Virus record (IMG/VR): IMGVR_UViG_3300049893_001524
Coordinates: 1 to 46,475 of that record
DNA: 46,475 nucleotides
Strand: one strand, 5' to 3'
From: a virus
Taxonomy: Duplodnaviria > Caudoviricetes
The position numbers and the translations under genes were made by a program. Below, piece by piece: positions 35,884 to 44,149 of this stretch (position 1 is the stretch's first letter; the number at the start of each line of letters is the position of its first letter). Below the pieces are notes generated by a model, which was given only the letters and a program-made list of their open reading frames with translations, was not told the origin of the DNA and did not search any database.

Positions 35884-36108
35884 CTACTTGGCCGCGTTTT
35901 TCTCAAACGCTGTCATGCGCTTGAGCTCCTGGATAAGGGCGTCCGCCTGCATGACGGCGTGCGCGGCAATATGCTCAGGGCTTGTCCTGCCGTGATCGCG
36001 AATAATCATCGACTGCATGGCCGCGATCGCTGCGCTCAGACGCTGCGGGTCAACGGTGGGCGGTGGCCCGCTTGGCCCTCCGGCCGCCAAGATGTACGGC
36101 GCAGTCAC
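35884..36108 (-). CDS. Hypothetical protein (74 aa)
   Basis: AIAAMQS....AV..ADALI.EL helical pattern common in phages. Confidence 0.6.
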   Translation of the reverse strand: MTAPYILAAGGPSGPPPTVDPQRLSAAIAAMQSMIIRDHGRTSPEHIAAHAVMQADALIQELKRMTAFEKNAAK

Positions 36109-36443
36109 GACTGCAACTCCCGGAGCTCAAAGGCGCCGCGCAGATCGGCCTCGCGGTGCTCGATGAGACGCGCGTACCGGCTACGGAAATTGTTGTTGAG
36201 CTTGAAGTCTCCGCCCGTGGTGTGAACCAGGTAGTTCCAGCGCAGGACCTCGTAGAGCATGCCGATGCCGACGCGCCGCCTCGGTCGGCGCGCGCGCAAC
36301 AACCTGGCGAGCTCGACGAGGAGTTCGTAGATGTGCGGGTTCAGGCGATCGAACTGCTCAAAGCGTTCCTGGATGCTGGCGCCGGCGCGGAACAGCGGCA
36401 TCTGAATGCCGGGATACCGGCGCGCCACGACGTCCGCGCTCAC
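36105..36443 (-). CDS. Hypothetical phage protein (112 aa)
   Basis: F..F...NPHIY...E..RW.....FKLNNN....YARL. Confidence 0.7.
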   Translation of the reverse strand: MSADVVARRYPGIQMPLFRAGASIQERFEQFDRLNPHIYELLVELARLLRARRPRRRVGIGMLYEVLRWNYLVHTTGGDFKLNNNFRSRYARLIEHREADLRGAFELRELQS

Positions 36444-36646
36444 GCCACGACCTCCTCGATGCTGTGCGCCTTGGCGACGATCGCGCCGTTCAACACCCGC
36501 GACTTGCGCGACTTGCTGATGAATGCCTTGGCCGCCAACTGGCGGGCGATGCGGTCCAGGTCGAAAGTGATTTCGATGGTGCCCGTGACATCGAGCTCGC
36601 CGTAGCGGCGCCTGACGCGGACGTTTTGAACGTGGACGTTGTTCAT
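36440..36646 (-). CDS. Hypothetical protein (68 aa)
   Basis: Start re-called at the ATGA overlap (MNNVHVQ). Confidence 0.55.
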   Translation of the reverse strand: MNNVHVQNVRVRRRYGELDVTGTIEITFDLDRIARQLAAKAFISKSRKSRVLNGAIVAKAHSIEEVVA

Positions 36647-36996
36647 GCGATCACCTTTGCAATGTGTCCGGAGTAAACGCTGACGGCCTTCCAGTAGGCG
36701 GCCATCGGGGCCTTGTGCGTGCGCCAGCACTTCTCGGCGCGCGCCCTGGCATCGGCGCGCAGGTCCAGGAGTGCGGCGCGCATGGCGGCGCGGGACTCTG
36801 GCGGCAGGTCGCGCAGCGCGGCCATGGCTGGCAGCGCCAGCACGGGGTTGCGAACGTCGGCGCGTGTCGCCCTGGCCGGGCTCCTCGCCTGCGATTCGCT
36901 CTCGAGCTCCAGAGCCGCCTCGGCTGCCGGCGTGTATCCGGCGCGCTTCTGTGGGCGGCCGGCGTATGCGCCAAATGTGTGCTTGTAGTCGTTCAT
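36643..36996 (-). CDS. Hypothetical protein (117 aa)
   Basis: AGGAGG RBS, MNDYKHTF; C-terminal W..HKAPMAAYWKA..VY..H. Confidence 0.65.
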   Translation of the reverse strand: MNDYKHTFGAYAGRPQKRAGYTPAAEAALELESESQARSPARATRADVRNPVLALPAMAALRDLPPESRAAMRAALLDLRADARARAEKCWRTHKAPMAAYWKAVSVYSGHIAKVIA

Positions 36997-37409
36997 GCTC
37001 CCCTCCTGATTTCCGCGAGTTCCATCGCGCGCACGTCGTCGTCCCCGCGTTGCTGCGCCTCCCAGGCTTCGGCCTGCGCCTGAGTGAGCCGGTCGAGAGC
37101 GATGGCCGGCACCGTGGTGCGCCCCTGGCAGTGCACGCACGTCATGTCGTAGGCGCCGCCCCGGTAGGACTCCTCGAAGTCGGGATCGGCGTCGAAGTCG
37201 TCGCGGCTGATGCCGCCGCAGTCGATCGCCGGGTTCACGTAGCTGCCCCTGCCCTCGCAGACCGGGCACACCTCCCAGCGGTACGGCAGGTCGCGGTAGA
37301 CGGGATCGCCGTCGACGTCCTCACCGTCGTAGATCGTGGGAACCGCGGCCGGCCTGCAGTTGCGCCGGTCGCGGGCGTAGTTCAGATTGTCGATTGTCCA
37401 GTGGTTCAT
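36993..37409 (-). CDS. Zinc-finger protein with CxxCxGxG repeats
   Basis: CPVCEGRG...CVHCQGR; ATGA-coupled start MNHWTID. Confidence 0.65.
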   Translation of the reverse strand: MNHWTIDNLNYARDRRNCRPAAVPTIYDGEDVDGDPVYRDLPYRWEVCPVCEGRGSYVNPAIDCGGISRDDFDADPDFEESYRGGAYDMTCVHCQGRTTVPAIALDRLTQAQAEAWEAQQRGDDDVRAMELAEIRRGA

Positions 37410-37693
37410 GATTGCACCCTCGGGCAGTATTTTCCGGTGTTCCCGCATTCGACGCAGTTGTAGCAAACCGCGTCCGCGCGGCCCATGCACTCAGTGCAGA
37501 CGTTGGTGGCCTTGCAATACGCCTCTCTCGCTGCTTTACAGGCTTCCTGCTCGGCGTCCAGGGTTGCCGCTGCGGCTCTGGCTCTGTTCTTGGCCGCCTG
37601 CCACTGAATCTCGATCGCCGCTCGGGCATCAGCCTGAACCGCAGCCCGGGCCGCCTCCATCGGGCTAGGCCCCATGCCAGGGAAGTAAGTCAT
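37406..37693 (-). CDS. Coiled-coil plus Cys-rich hypothetical protein
   Basis: CTECMG...CYNCVECGNTG. Confidence 0.6.
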   Translation of the reverse strand: MTYFPGMGPSPMEAARAAVQADARAAIEIQWQAAKNRARAAAATLDAEQEACKAAREAYCKATNVCTECMGRADAVCYNCVECGNTGKYCPRVQS

Positions 37694-37980
37694 GACGCCA
37701 CCTCCTCAGTCCAGATGTAGCCGCAACTGCCCTTCGCTGCGGCGCCGTCGCCACCCTTGGCGACGATCTCGGCGAGCAGCCCATTGCAAGCCTTGAGCTC
37801 CGCCTCCGTGGGCTTGCGACCGTCGTCGTTGAACATGTTGTCGTAGCCGGCGAGCTCGTAGCACTGCGGGCAGCAGTCGGTGTATGCGTTGTCACCGGCA
37901 TCGCGAGTCAGGCGTCCGCATGCCGTGCACTTGAACGTGCTGCGGCCTCTACGGAATCTGCTGTTTCTTTGCTGATTCAT
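37690..37980 (-). CDS. Zinc-binding hypothetical protein
   Basis: CTACGRLTR...CPQCYELAG; ATGA-coupled start. Confidence 0.65.
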   Translation of the reverse strand: MNQQRNSRFRRGRSTFKCTACGRLTRDAGDNAYTDCCPQCYELAGYDNMFNDDGRKPTEAELKACNGLLAEIVAKGGDGAAAKGSCGYIWTEEVAS

Positions 37981-38087
37981 GATGCCAGCCACTCATCAAA
38001 AGACTTGTAGGGTTTGTTCATGGCCTTCATGGCGGCCACGTAGCACTGGTATCTGTCCCAGAGCTTGCCTTGATATTGACTACTCAT
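37977..38087 (-). CDS. 36-aa peptide, first gene after a strong promoter (not in the ORF track)
   Basis: AGGAGG RBS; MSSQYQGKLWDRYQCYVAAMKAMNKPYKSFDEWLAS; coupled to the next gene. Confidence 0.7.
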   Translation of the reverse strand: MSSQYQGKLWDRYQCYVAAMKAMNKPYKSFDEWLAS

Positions 38088-38118
38088 TTCGTCCTCCTAT
38101 TTGCCTTACCACAGCGCA

Positions 38119-38147
38119 AGCATAACGTACTTTGTCCGCTGTTGCAA
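38119..38147 (-). promoter_or_regulatory. Sigma70-like promoter plus operator copy 5
   Basis: TTGCAA-N17-TATGCT; spacer holds GCGGAC-AAA-GTACGT (38139-38125). Confidence 0.8.
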
Positions 38148-38151
38148 GCCC

Positions 38152-38970
38152 TCAGTTCTTGGGCGCCGGCAGCGCGCCTGGGTAGTGTTTGGCCACGATC
38201 AGGTTGAGCTTGTCGACGAGGTCCTCACGCTTGAAGGTGATGTGGCCGTTGTTGTTCTTGAACCACTTCACGGCGATGTACTCGTTCTCGTAGAACCGCT
38301 CGCGCCGCGCCCAGGCGGCGCTGATGTCGGAGTACGTGCCGCGCCTGACGTCGCGCTCCGGCTTGCCGTCGAGGACGTGGAAGACGCGCATGAGGTCGTC
38401 GATCTTGTCGCAGGTTCGGAAGTTCGCCGACGTGCCCGCGTACTGCGCGAGGCAGGTCACGATGATGCGCTTGCCGAAGCGCACCGGGCTGTTGGTCTTG
38501 TAGTCCCAGGCCAGGCCCTTGAACATGTTGATGACGCCGTCCTCGAACATGCGGCCGCGGTTCGCGTAGAGATCGGAGAACGTCGCCTCGATGTTCTCGA
38601 TGGTCAGCGGCGGAACTTCGTGCTTGCCGATCTTCTCGTCCCAGGTCTCGCGTGCCTTGGCGTCCATGAACGTGCGCAGCCCGGACTCCCGCATCAGGTA
38701 GCCCCAGGTCGCGGCGTCGATCTCCTTGCTGACGAGCTCGAGGGCGTGCGTGTCATCGGCGTCGCGGCCGGCGTCACGGTATCCGCTGCCGGCCATGGTG
38801 ACGCGCGGCACGCGGACGTTGATAGCCTCGAGCATGCCGCGCGCCTCGGCGTAGAGGTCGCGGATCTTCGCGTAGCGCGCGATCGCGCCGGCGCGCACGT
38901 TCAGCAGGTTCTCGATGCTGACGGCCGGCACGAGCTCTTGGTTTTCGTTGTAGAGTTCGGCGTCCATCAC
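38152..38970 (-). CDS. DUF4942-like protein (stand-alone)
   Basis: W.YLM.ESG...FMD, T.ENI.ATF, FE.GVIN.FK.L.WDYKTN.P..FGK.II, F.N.N.HI.F. Confidence 0.75.
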   Translation of the reverse strand: MMDAELYNENQELVPAVSIENLLNVRAGAIARYAKIRDLYAEARGMLEAINVRVPRVTMAGSGYRDAGRDADDTHALELVSKEIDAATWGYLMRESGLRTFMDAKARETWDEKIGKHEVPPLTIENIEATFSDLYANRGRMFEDGVINMFKGLAWDYKTNSPVRFGKRIIVTCLAQYAGTSANFRTCDKIDDLMRVFHVLDGKPERDVRRGTYSDISAAWARRERFYENEYIAVKWFKNNNGHITFKREDLVDKLNLIVAKHYPGALPAPKN

Positions 38971-39167
38971 GCTGTCCTCCTGGCCGCGTCAGTTACCGCC
39001 CGCGCAGCTTCTTGGGCTTCACGGAGTTTTTTGAAAGTTCCGGAATACACCCCATCAACCCACAGGTCCCACCACACAGAGGATCTGACAACATAGCCCC
39101 ATCCGCCGCGAAAAACCTTGTGGTCTTTCTGGTGCCTGAAAATTCTGATGTGCTTCAGGTTGCTCAT
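38967..39167 (-). CDS. Hypothetical protein (66 aa)
   Basis: Coupled at both ends; noticeably AT-richer than its flanks. Confidence 0.55.
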   Translation of the reverse strand: MSNLKHIRIFRHQKDHKVFRGGWGYVVRSSVWWDLWVDGVYSGTFKKLREAQEAARAVTDAARRTA

Positions 39168-39376
39168 GCCGCCGCCCTGACCGGCCCCTCGGGCTGGCCG
39201 TAGATCTGGACGGCGATGCGATCGACCATCGCGAATCCCTCAGACCGGATTTTGTAGTAGGCGTCTAACTCCTGCTTCGAGTAGGCGCCCGGCGCCTGCA
39301 GCGCCAGTCCGGCCAGCTCGATGATGTGGCCGCGCCACGCTTCGACGAACTGCTCACGAGTAATCTTGCGTTCCAT
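39164..39376 (-). CDS. Hypothetical protein (70 aa)
   Basis: AAGGAG RBS, start re-called to MERKITREQF. Confidence 0.6.
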   Translation of the reverse strand: MERKITREQFVEAWRGHIIELAGLALQAPGAYSKQELDAYYKIRSEGFAMVDRIAVQIYGQPEGPVRAAA

Positions 39377-39387
39377 TTCGATCTCCT

Positions 39388-39969
39388 TCAGGCGTACCAG
39401 GACTTGTACTTGGGCCGGCCGTCCCACTTGCTCAGCCAGCAGTAGTCGTGCCACTTGATCCGCGTCGTGCCGTCGTAGGACATCAGCAGCGGCTTCCACA
39501 CCGCCTTGAAGCTGTCGCCCTGCATGAACTCGCCGGGTCTCGGCACCACGTTCGCCGCCATGCCGCCGTAGCCGACGTCGCTCTCGTTGGCGTGCATGAC
39601 CTCCTGAACCAGCGCCCTCTTGCCCTTGACCTCGAGGACCTGGACGAACTCGACGTTGGTCTGGTCGTACCCCCAGGACCCGTAGAGGATGTCGCCGGCC
39701 TTGAGATCGGGCACCCAGGACTTGCGCTTCGCCGCCTTCACTGCCTTCTCCATGGCCTTCTGCTCGGCCCACGCTTTCTGATTCGCGAGGAACTTGGCGA
39801 CGTAGGCGTCGCGCGCGGCCTCGTCCTTGAACCTGTAGTTGAACTCGGACTTGCTGCGCTTGCCCACGTACCCGACTGCCACCAGCCCGGTGACGTAGGC
39901 CACAGCGTCCACCCCAGGCAACTCAACTGCCTGCGATCCCTGCGGGATCCATCTGACTTTTCCCAACAT
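39388..39969 (-). CDS. Hypothetical early protein (193 aa)
   Basis: AGGAGG RBS, start MLGKVRW; GDIL..SWGYDQTNV.F.QV segment. Confidence 0.7.
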   Translation of the reverse strand: MLGKVRWIPQGSQAVELPGVDAVAYVTGLVAVGYVGKRSKSEFNYRFKDEAARDAYVAKFLANQKAWAEQKAMEKAVKAAKRKSWVPDLKAGDILYGSWGYDQTNVEFVQVLEVKGKRALVQEVMHANESDVGYGGMAANVVPRPGEFMQGDSFKAVWKPLLMSYDGTTRIKWHDYCWLSKWDGRPKYKSWYA

Positions 39970-40002
39970 TTTCTCGTCCTCCTGTTTTCCTACCACGGCG
40001 TA

Positions 40003-40031
40003 AGTGTAACGTACCTTGTACGCCAACACAA
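40003..40031 (-). promoter_or_regulatory. Sigma70-like promoter plus operator copy 6 (leftward)
   Basis: TTGTGT-N17-TACACT; spacer holds GCGTAC-AAG-GTACGT (40023-40009). Confidence 0.75.
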
Positions 40032-40067
40032 GCCCCCGGATAGTAGAATCTTTTCGCCATCTACCAG

Positions 40068-40096
40068 TTGCAACAGCGTACATAGTGCGCTATGCT
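40068..40096 (+). promoter_or_regulatory. Sigma70-like promoter plus operator copy 7 (rightward)
   Basis: TTGCAA-N17-TATGCT; spacer holds GCGTAC-ATA-GTGCGC (40076-40090). Confidence 0.8.
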
Positions 40097-40126
40097 TGGC
40101 TCGTGGTAAGGAAACAGGAGGTTGAT

Positions 40127-40429
40127 ATGAAACAGTACAGATTCCACGCTGATCCCGGGCACGGCTGGCTCGAGGTGCCGGTCGCTGAGCTCGCGGCTCT
40201 CGGCATTGCCGACAAGGTGTCCGGGTACAGCTACTTGTCGCGCGACGGCAAGACCGCGTACCTCGAGGAGGACTGCGACGCCACGGTGTTCGTGGCCGCC
40301 AAGGCGCCGGGCGGCATCGAGGCGAGGTGCGCCTGGTTCTCGATGAACACCGAGCACGTTCACCACGACCGCGTCGGAGATCCCGAGTGCTTCATCCGCA
40401 ACCTTCCGAGCTACGGGGTGCGGTCATGA
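40127..40429 (+). CDS. Hypothetical early protein (100 aa)
   Basis: AGGAGG RBS; DPGHGWL.V....L..LGI...S.YSY......YLEEDCD pattern. Confidence 0.75.
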   Translation: MKQYRFHADPGHGWLEVPVAELAALGIADKVSGYSYLSRDGKTAYLEEDCDATVFVAAKAPGGIEARCAWFSMNTEHVHHDRVGDPECFIRNLPSYGVRS

Positions 40430-40659
40430 GCTTCTACCAAGACTTCATCCGCGAACTTAACCCAAAGGTGAACCCGGCCGGAGTCGAGGCTTCGATGCGG
40501 CTCCGTTACGGAACGCTGGACCACCTGGACCGCACTGACTTCAAGAGCGAAATCAGGATCGCGATCGCGTGCGAGAACGAGGAGCCCGGGTTCTTGCGCA
40601 AGACGGCTGAGAGCTTCGGGATGGGTGAAGACTTCAACTACTGGGAGGCGAAATCATGA
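40426..40659 (+). CDS. Hypothetical protein (77 aa)
   Basis: ATGA-coupled start MSFYQDF; VEASMRL.YGTLDHL. Confidence 0.65.
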   Translation: MSFYQDFIRELNPKVNPAGVEASMRLRYGTLDHLDRTDFKSEIRIAIACENEEPGFLRKTAESFGMGEDFNYWEAKS

Positions 40660-40862
40660 GCGAACGAGACCTGGGCAAGTGCGGGTGCGGCGAGAAGTTC
40701 GAGCGCGAAGACTTCTCGAGCTCGTGCGGCGCCTACGTGTGCTACCAGTGCGGCAATCACAAGGGCCTCGCCAAGTGCTACTGCGGCTGGTCAGCGAGCG
40801 GTGGCGACGGCTATCGCCAACTGATCGAAGACGGTGAAACCATCGAAGGAGACGACGCATGA
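40656..40862 (+). CDS. Cys-rich small protein
   Basis: CGCG...C...CYQCG...CYCGW; ATGA coupling. Confidence 0.65.
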   Translation: MSERDLGKCGCGEKFEREDFSSSCGAYVCYQCGNHKGLAKCYCGWSASGGDGYRQLIEDGETIEGDDA

Positions 40863-41101
40863 GAAAACCAAAGACAGTGAGACAGGTAGTGGACAGGCTG
40901 AACAAGCACCACGCCTATTACGCCGCCGGGTTCTACCCGAGCACTGGCGGCCGGGCGTTCCTCGCCCGCCGGCGCAACGAGGTCCTCGAGATCTCGTATG
41001 ATTTCCACACGTTCAAGCCGGTGGAGCCGGGGACGGTCTTCAACGACCACAACGGCCGGTTCATCATCGAGTACACGCCGCCCCAGGTAGGTGCGCTATG
41101 A
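40859..41101 (+). CDS. Hypothetical protein (80 aa)
   Basis: ATGA coupling at both ends. Confidence 0.65.
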   Translation: MRKPKTVRQVVDRLNKHHAYYAAGFYPSTGGRAFLARRRNEVLEISYDFHTFKPVEPGTVFNDHNGRFIIEYTPPQVGAL

Positions 41102-41352
41102 ACTTTCAACAACTGCAATCCCTAGCGGAGGTCGCGCCCGCGTATCTGCGGCTGCGCGGCGCGCACCCCGACAAGCCGGCGGCGACGGTCCTCAGCTACC
41201 TGCGCAACGGCGAGGGCGAGACCTTCGAGCAATTCTGCTGCCCGGGTCACGACTGGGTGTACACGGGCTCTCTGTACGGCGGCGATGACGACAGCTACCA
41301 CGGCGAAGGCCGATGCTACTGCGCCCTCTGCGGCGCCGACGGTGACGCATGA
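41098..41352 (+). CDS. Small zinc-binding protein
   Basis: CCPGHDW...CYCALCGADGDA. Confidence 0.65.
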   Translation: MNFQQLQSLAEVAPAYLRLRGAHPDKPAATVLSYLRNGEGETFEQFCCPGHDWVYTGSLYGGDDDSYHGEGRCYCALCGADGDA

Positions 41353-41633
41353 ACGCCAGCCGCCCGCAACCGCGCACGTTTGGCGATTTGATAACCCACA
41401 ACCGGACGGTTCATTGGTCGGCGATGTGCTCGTTCTGCAAGAGCAACGGCTACGTCACCCCGGGATACAAGGGCGCCAGGAAGTACAGCACCAGACACTA
41501 CATTTGCGACGACTGCATCGAGCCCAGGAAGGACGTCGTGCTGCCAGCAATTCGCCGGCGCGAGGCGTTCAAAGCCAAGCTGATCGACGAAGGTGTCGAG
41601 GTTGTTAAGGCGATCGAGGCCGGGGAGTATTAG
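41349..41633 (+). CDS. Small zinc-binding protein
   Basis: CSFC...CDDC. Confidence 0.6.
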   Translation: MNASRPQPRTFGDLITHNRTVHWSAMCSFCKSNGYVTPGYKGARKYSTRHYICDDCIEPRKDVVLPAIRRREAFKAKLIDEGVEVVKAIEAGEY

Positions 41634-41635
41634 CC

Positions 41636-41998
41636 ATGACCGACATGATCAAGTGCGACAACTGCGGGCGCATTGGCGAGCCGTACTTCTACCGCGACGA
41701 CCTGAGTAGCAGCAACGACCCGGTGTGCGAGTATTGTTCTAACCCCGTCGACGTCGACGCCAATCGCATATGGATGTGCGAGGTCTGCGACGCCTCGCCG
41801 GCGGTCTGCGATGACTGGTGCGCGAAGTGCGCTGCGGACTACTACGTCCGGTTCCCAGCCGAGATTGGCGCCGGAGACAAGCTCTGGCGTGAACCCGGCT
41901 GGCGCGACGCCATGGCCATGATTCGGGACAGACTGCGGCCGCCCGCGATTTCCGACGAAGTGAAGGGCGCGGTGTTCGCGCTCATGAGGACGCTGTGA
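41636..41998 (+). CDS. Cys-rich zinc-binding protein
   Basis: Four CxxC pairs (CDNC, CEYC, CEVC, CAKC). Confidence 0.65.
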   Translation: MTDMIKCDNCGRIGEPYFYRDDLSSSNDPVCEYCSNPVDVDANRIWMCEVCDASPAVCDDWCAKCAADYYVRFPAEIGAGDKLWREPGWRDAMAMIRDRLRPPAISDEVKGAVFALMRTL

Positions 41999-42282
41999 TG
42001 ACAACCGACAATCCGTTCACGCCAGGCCCCCACGATCACCGCAGGTTCTTCGAGGCCGATCGCGAGCCAGCGCAGATCCAGTCCGATTTTCGCCGCGACG
42101 TCCCCACAGACCCAGGCACCGGCCTGCGCTTCCACCCGCACATGTCCGTCCTCGCCGCGGCCAGGCTGGCCGGCGAGCGCGGGCGCAACTTGGTGTGCGA
42201 ATGGTCAAAGCTGGGCGGACTCAAGCTCACGACGGCGCCCAAGCATCCGCCCGACTTCCTGGTCAAGCGGGTTCGATCCTGA
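41995..42282 (+). CDS. Hypothetical protein (95 aa)
   Basis: Coupled start; 3' end overlaps the convergent RusA-like gene by 20 nt. Confidence 0.55.
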   Translation: MMTTDNPFTPGPHDHRRFFEADREPAQIQSDFRRDVPTDPGTGLRFHPHMSVLAAARLAGERGRNLVCEWSKLGGLKLTTAPKHPPDFLVKRVRS

Positions 42283-42625
42283 CCACTGTGCAGGCATCGG
42301 CCTTCCGGACCTTTTTCTGAGCGAATACGCGGTCGACGATGACCTTGTCGTTGTCGTCGACCATGTAGCCGTTCTTGACCAAGCAGTCGATCAGCGTCTT
42401 GCAGCCGCCGACCAGGTTGTCCCTGTCGGTGATCGGCTGATGGCTGTACCGAATGATCGTCAGCTTGCAGCGCGTGTACATCGGCCGCTCCCAGCGCCGC
42501 GCGATACCCCTTGCCTCGGCCAGGCAGAGCAGCCACTCGCCGGCCTCCGCGGACTGCCGCGTCCAGTGATGGCGTTGCGTGACGTTGAGGCTCGGCGTCA
42601 GTTTTTTCAGCACGAGCTCGATCAC
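42263..42625 (-). CDS. rusA: RusA-like Holliday junction resolvase
   Basis: PSLN, DRDNLVGGCK.LID.L...G...DD; GTGA-coupled start. Confidence 0.75.
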   Translation of the reverse strand: MIELVLKKLTPSLNVTQRHHWTRQSAEAGEWLLCLAEARGIARRWERPMYTRCKLTIIRYSHQPITDRDNLVGGCKTLIDCLVKNGYMVDDNDKVIVDRVFAQKKVRKADACTVVRIEPA

Positions 42626-42945
42626 CGCAGCCTCGCCCTCGCAATGACGTCGTAGCCCAGGCGCTCGCTGACCTCGTTGAGCATGGACATCTGCGTGCCG
42701 AACATGGTCTCCCACTCGACGACTGACAGGCCGCCGGCGTCGATGCCCAAGGGGGCGACGCTGTGATACTCGGCGGCGAGCGGGATCACCAGCCAGTCGC
42801 TCGTCTTCTGCCCCATGCCCTTGTGGATGCCGGCCTCGCGCATCGAACCACCGTGGCAATGGTGCAGCGTCGGGCCCGGGCGCCCGGAGATCAGGCAGCC
42901 GAGCATGGCAACAGCGTTCCAGTGCCGACGGATCTCAGCGTTCAC
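42622..42945 (-). CDS. Ref/HNH-like nuclease (recombination-associated)
   Basis: LGCLI...HH...GMGQK.SDW.VIPL...YH; several Cys of the usual pattern are missing; GTGA-coupled start. Confidence 0.6.
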   Translation of the reverse strand: MNAEIRRHWNAVAMLGCLISGRPGPTLHHCHGGSMREAGIHKGMGQKTSDWLVIPLAAEYHSVAPLGIDAGGLSVVEWETMFGTQMSMLNEVSERLGYDVIARARLR

Positions 42946-43637
42946 TGGTGCCTGGCCCACGACATGAACCACTTGTAGACCTTGTTGTGATACCGCTCCC
43001 AGACAGCCGGGTCGTGGTCGAGCTCGGCCTTGCTCTTGAAGCCGACGACCTGCTTCACCCAGGCGTCGGCCTCCGCGAACGTCGCCAGCGCCTTGTCGCC
43101 TACCGCGCCCTGAGCCCCGTAGCGCCGCGTAGCGACAAACCTTCTGAAGTCATCGGCCTGGAACAGGATGGCCGCCTGCTTCGATCTGGGGCCGCCAGCT
43201 AGGCGTTTAGCGAGTTCTTCTCGCTGGTCTTCCATTTTTTGATCCACGGCGCGCTCCTCGTCGTCGAGTTGAACCAGGGTCAGGTATAGCTTCGCGCCGT
43301 CGCCGGAGTCCGAGCCGTCGGCCGTCGCGCAGTCCCTGAACTTACCGAAGTCGGCGACCTCGAGGACGACCGAGGCGCCCGACGTGTGGCTCCACGCGGC
43401 ACCGATGAACCAGCCCTCGTCTGGGAAGCCCTCGAGCATGGTGCCGTCCTCGTCGGCGACGTAGACCTTGTACCGCTGCCCGCCTTTGCCGCCGCGGCGC
43501 TTCGTCGCCTTCTCGAAGTGCGCCAGGGCGTCGCGATCGGCGAGCTTGAACCAAACGCGCCGGCCGTTGCCGCTGGCCTCGACCCACTTGGCGAGCTCGA
43601 CGCCGCCGCTGAATGCGACCAGGTTCTCGGCGTTCAC
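42942..43637 (-). CDS. Hypothetical protein (231 aa)
   Basis: Start re-called at the GTGA overlap (MNAENLV); C-terminal G..S.AELDHD. Confidence 0.6.
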   Translation of the reverse strand: MNAENLVAFSGGVELAKWVEASGNGRRVWFKLADRDALAHFEKATKRRGGKGGQRYKVYVADEDGTMLEGFPDEGWFIGAAWSHTSGASVVLEVADFGKFRDCATADGSDSGDGAKLYLTLVQLDDEERAVDQKMEDQREELAKRLAGGPRSKQAAILFQADDFRRFVATRRYGAQGAVGDKALATFAEADAWVKQVVGFKSKAELDHDPAVWERYHNKVYKWFMSWARHQ

Positions 43638-44149
43638 GCGGCGACCCGCCGCAGCCCGGCGTAATTGGCGGCGAGCAGCCTGCACTGCTCCGCGCAGTGC
43701 ACGAGCTGTCCGTCCGTGCGCTGCCCCGTGGTGATCTCCAGGTTTTCGCACTCGTTGAGCAGCGCGGCCATGGCGTGCCCGAGGTCGTGTCGGCTCTGGA
43801 TGACGACAAGCTCGAACGCCCGGTAGTCGCGCTGGTAGCCGAGCGCGGCGCCGATCTCGGCGACGATCAGCGACCGCCAGAACCCGCGCCGATGGTTCTC
43901 CGACGACCCCGCGCTTTTGCGGGCGGCCTCGCTGAGCAGTTGCGCGAACTGCGGCTCCGTCGGCGGATGCTGCCAGCCTCGCGTGTGCATCAGGTCGAGG
44001 GCCGCCCCGATGACTTCCGGCGAGTAGGCGCCTATCGCGCGCTTCCACGCTGTCGTCGGCTGCGCGCCATACTCGTCGAGCCATCGCTTGCCGAACCGCT
44101 CGCCCATGGTCCGCCAGAACCGATCCGCCATTTCCTTCGTCGCACTCAT
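43634..44149 (-). CDS. Putative helicase loader / replication protein P-like
   Basis: Follows the initiator; W..M...FG..W...YG, W...I, HPPT..QF. Confidence 0.55.
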   Translation of the reverse strand: MSATKEMADRFWRTMGERFGKRWLDEYGAQPTTAWKRAIGAYSPEVIGAALDLMHTRGWQHPPTEPQFAQLLSEAARKSAGSSENHRRGFWRSLIVAEIGAALGYQRDYRAFELVVIQSRHDLGHAMAALLNECENLEITTGQRTDGQLVHCAEQCRLLAANYAGLRRVAA

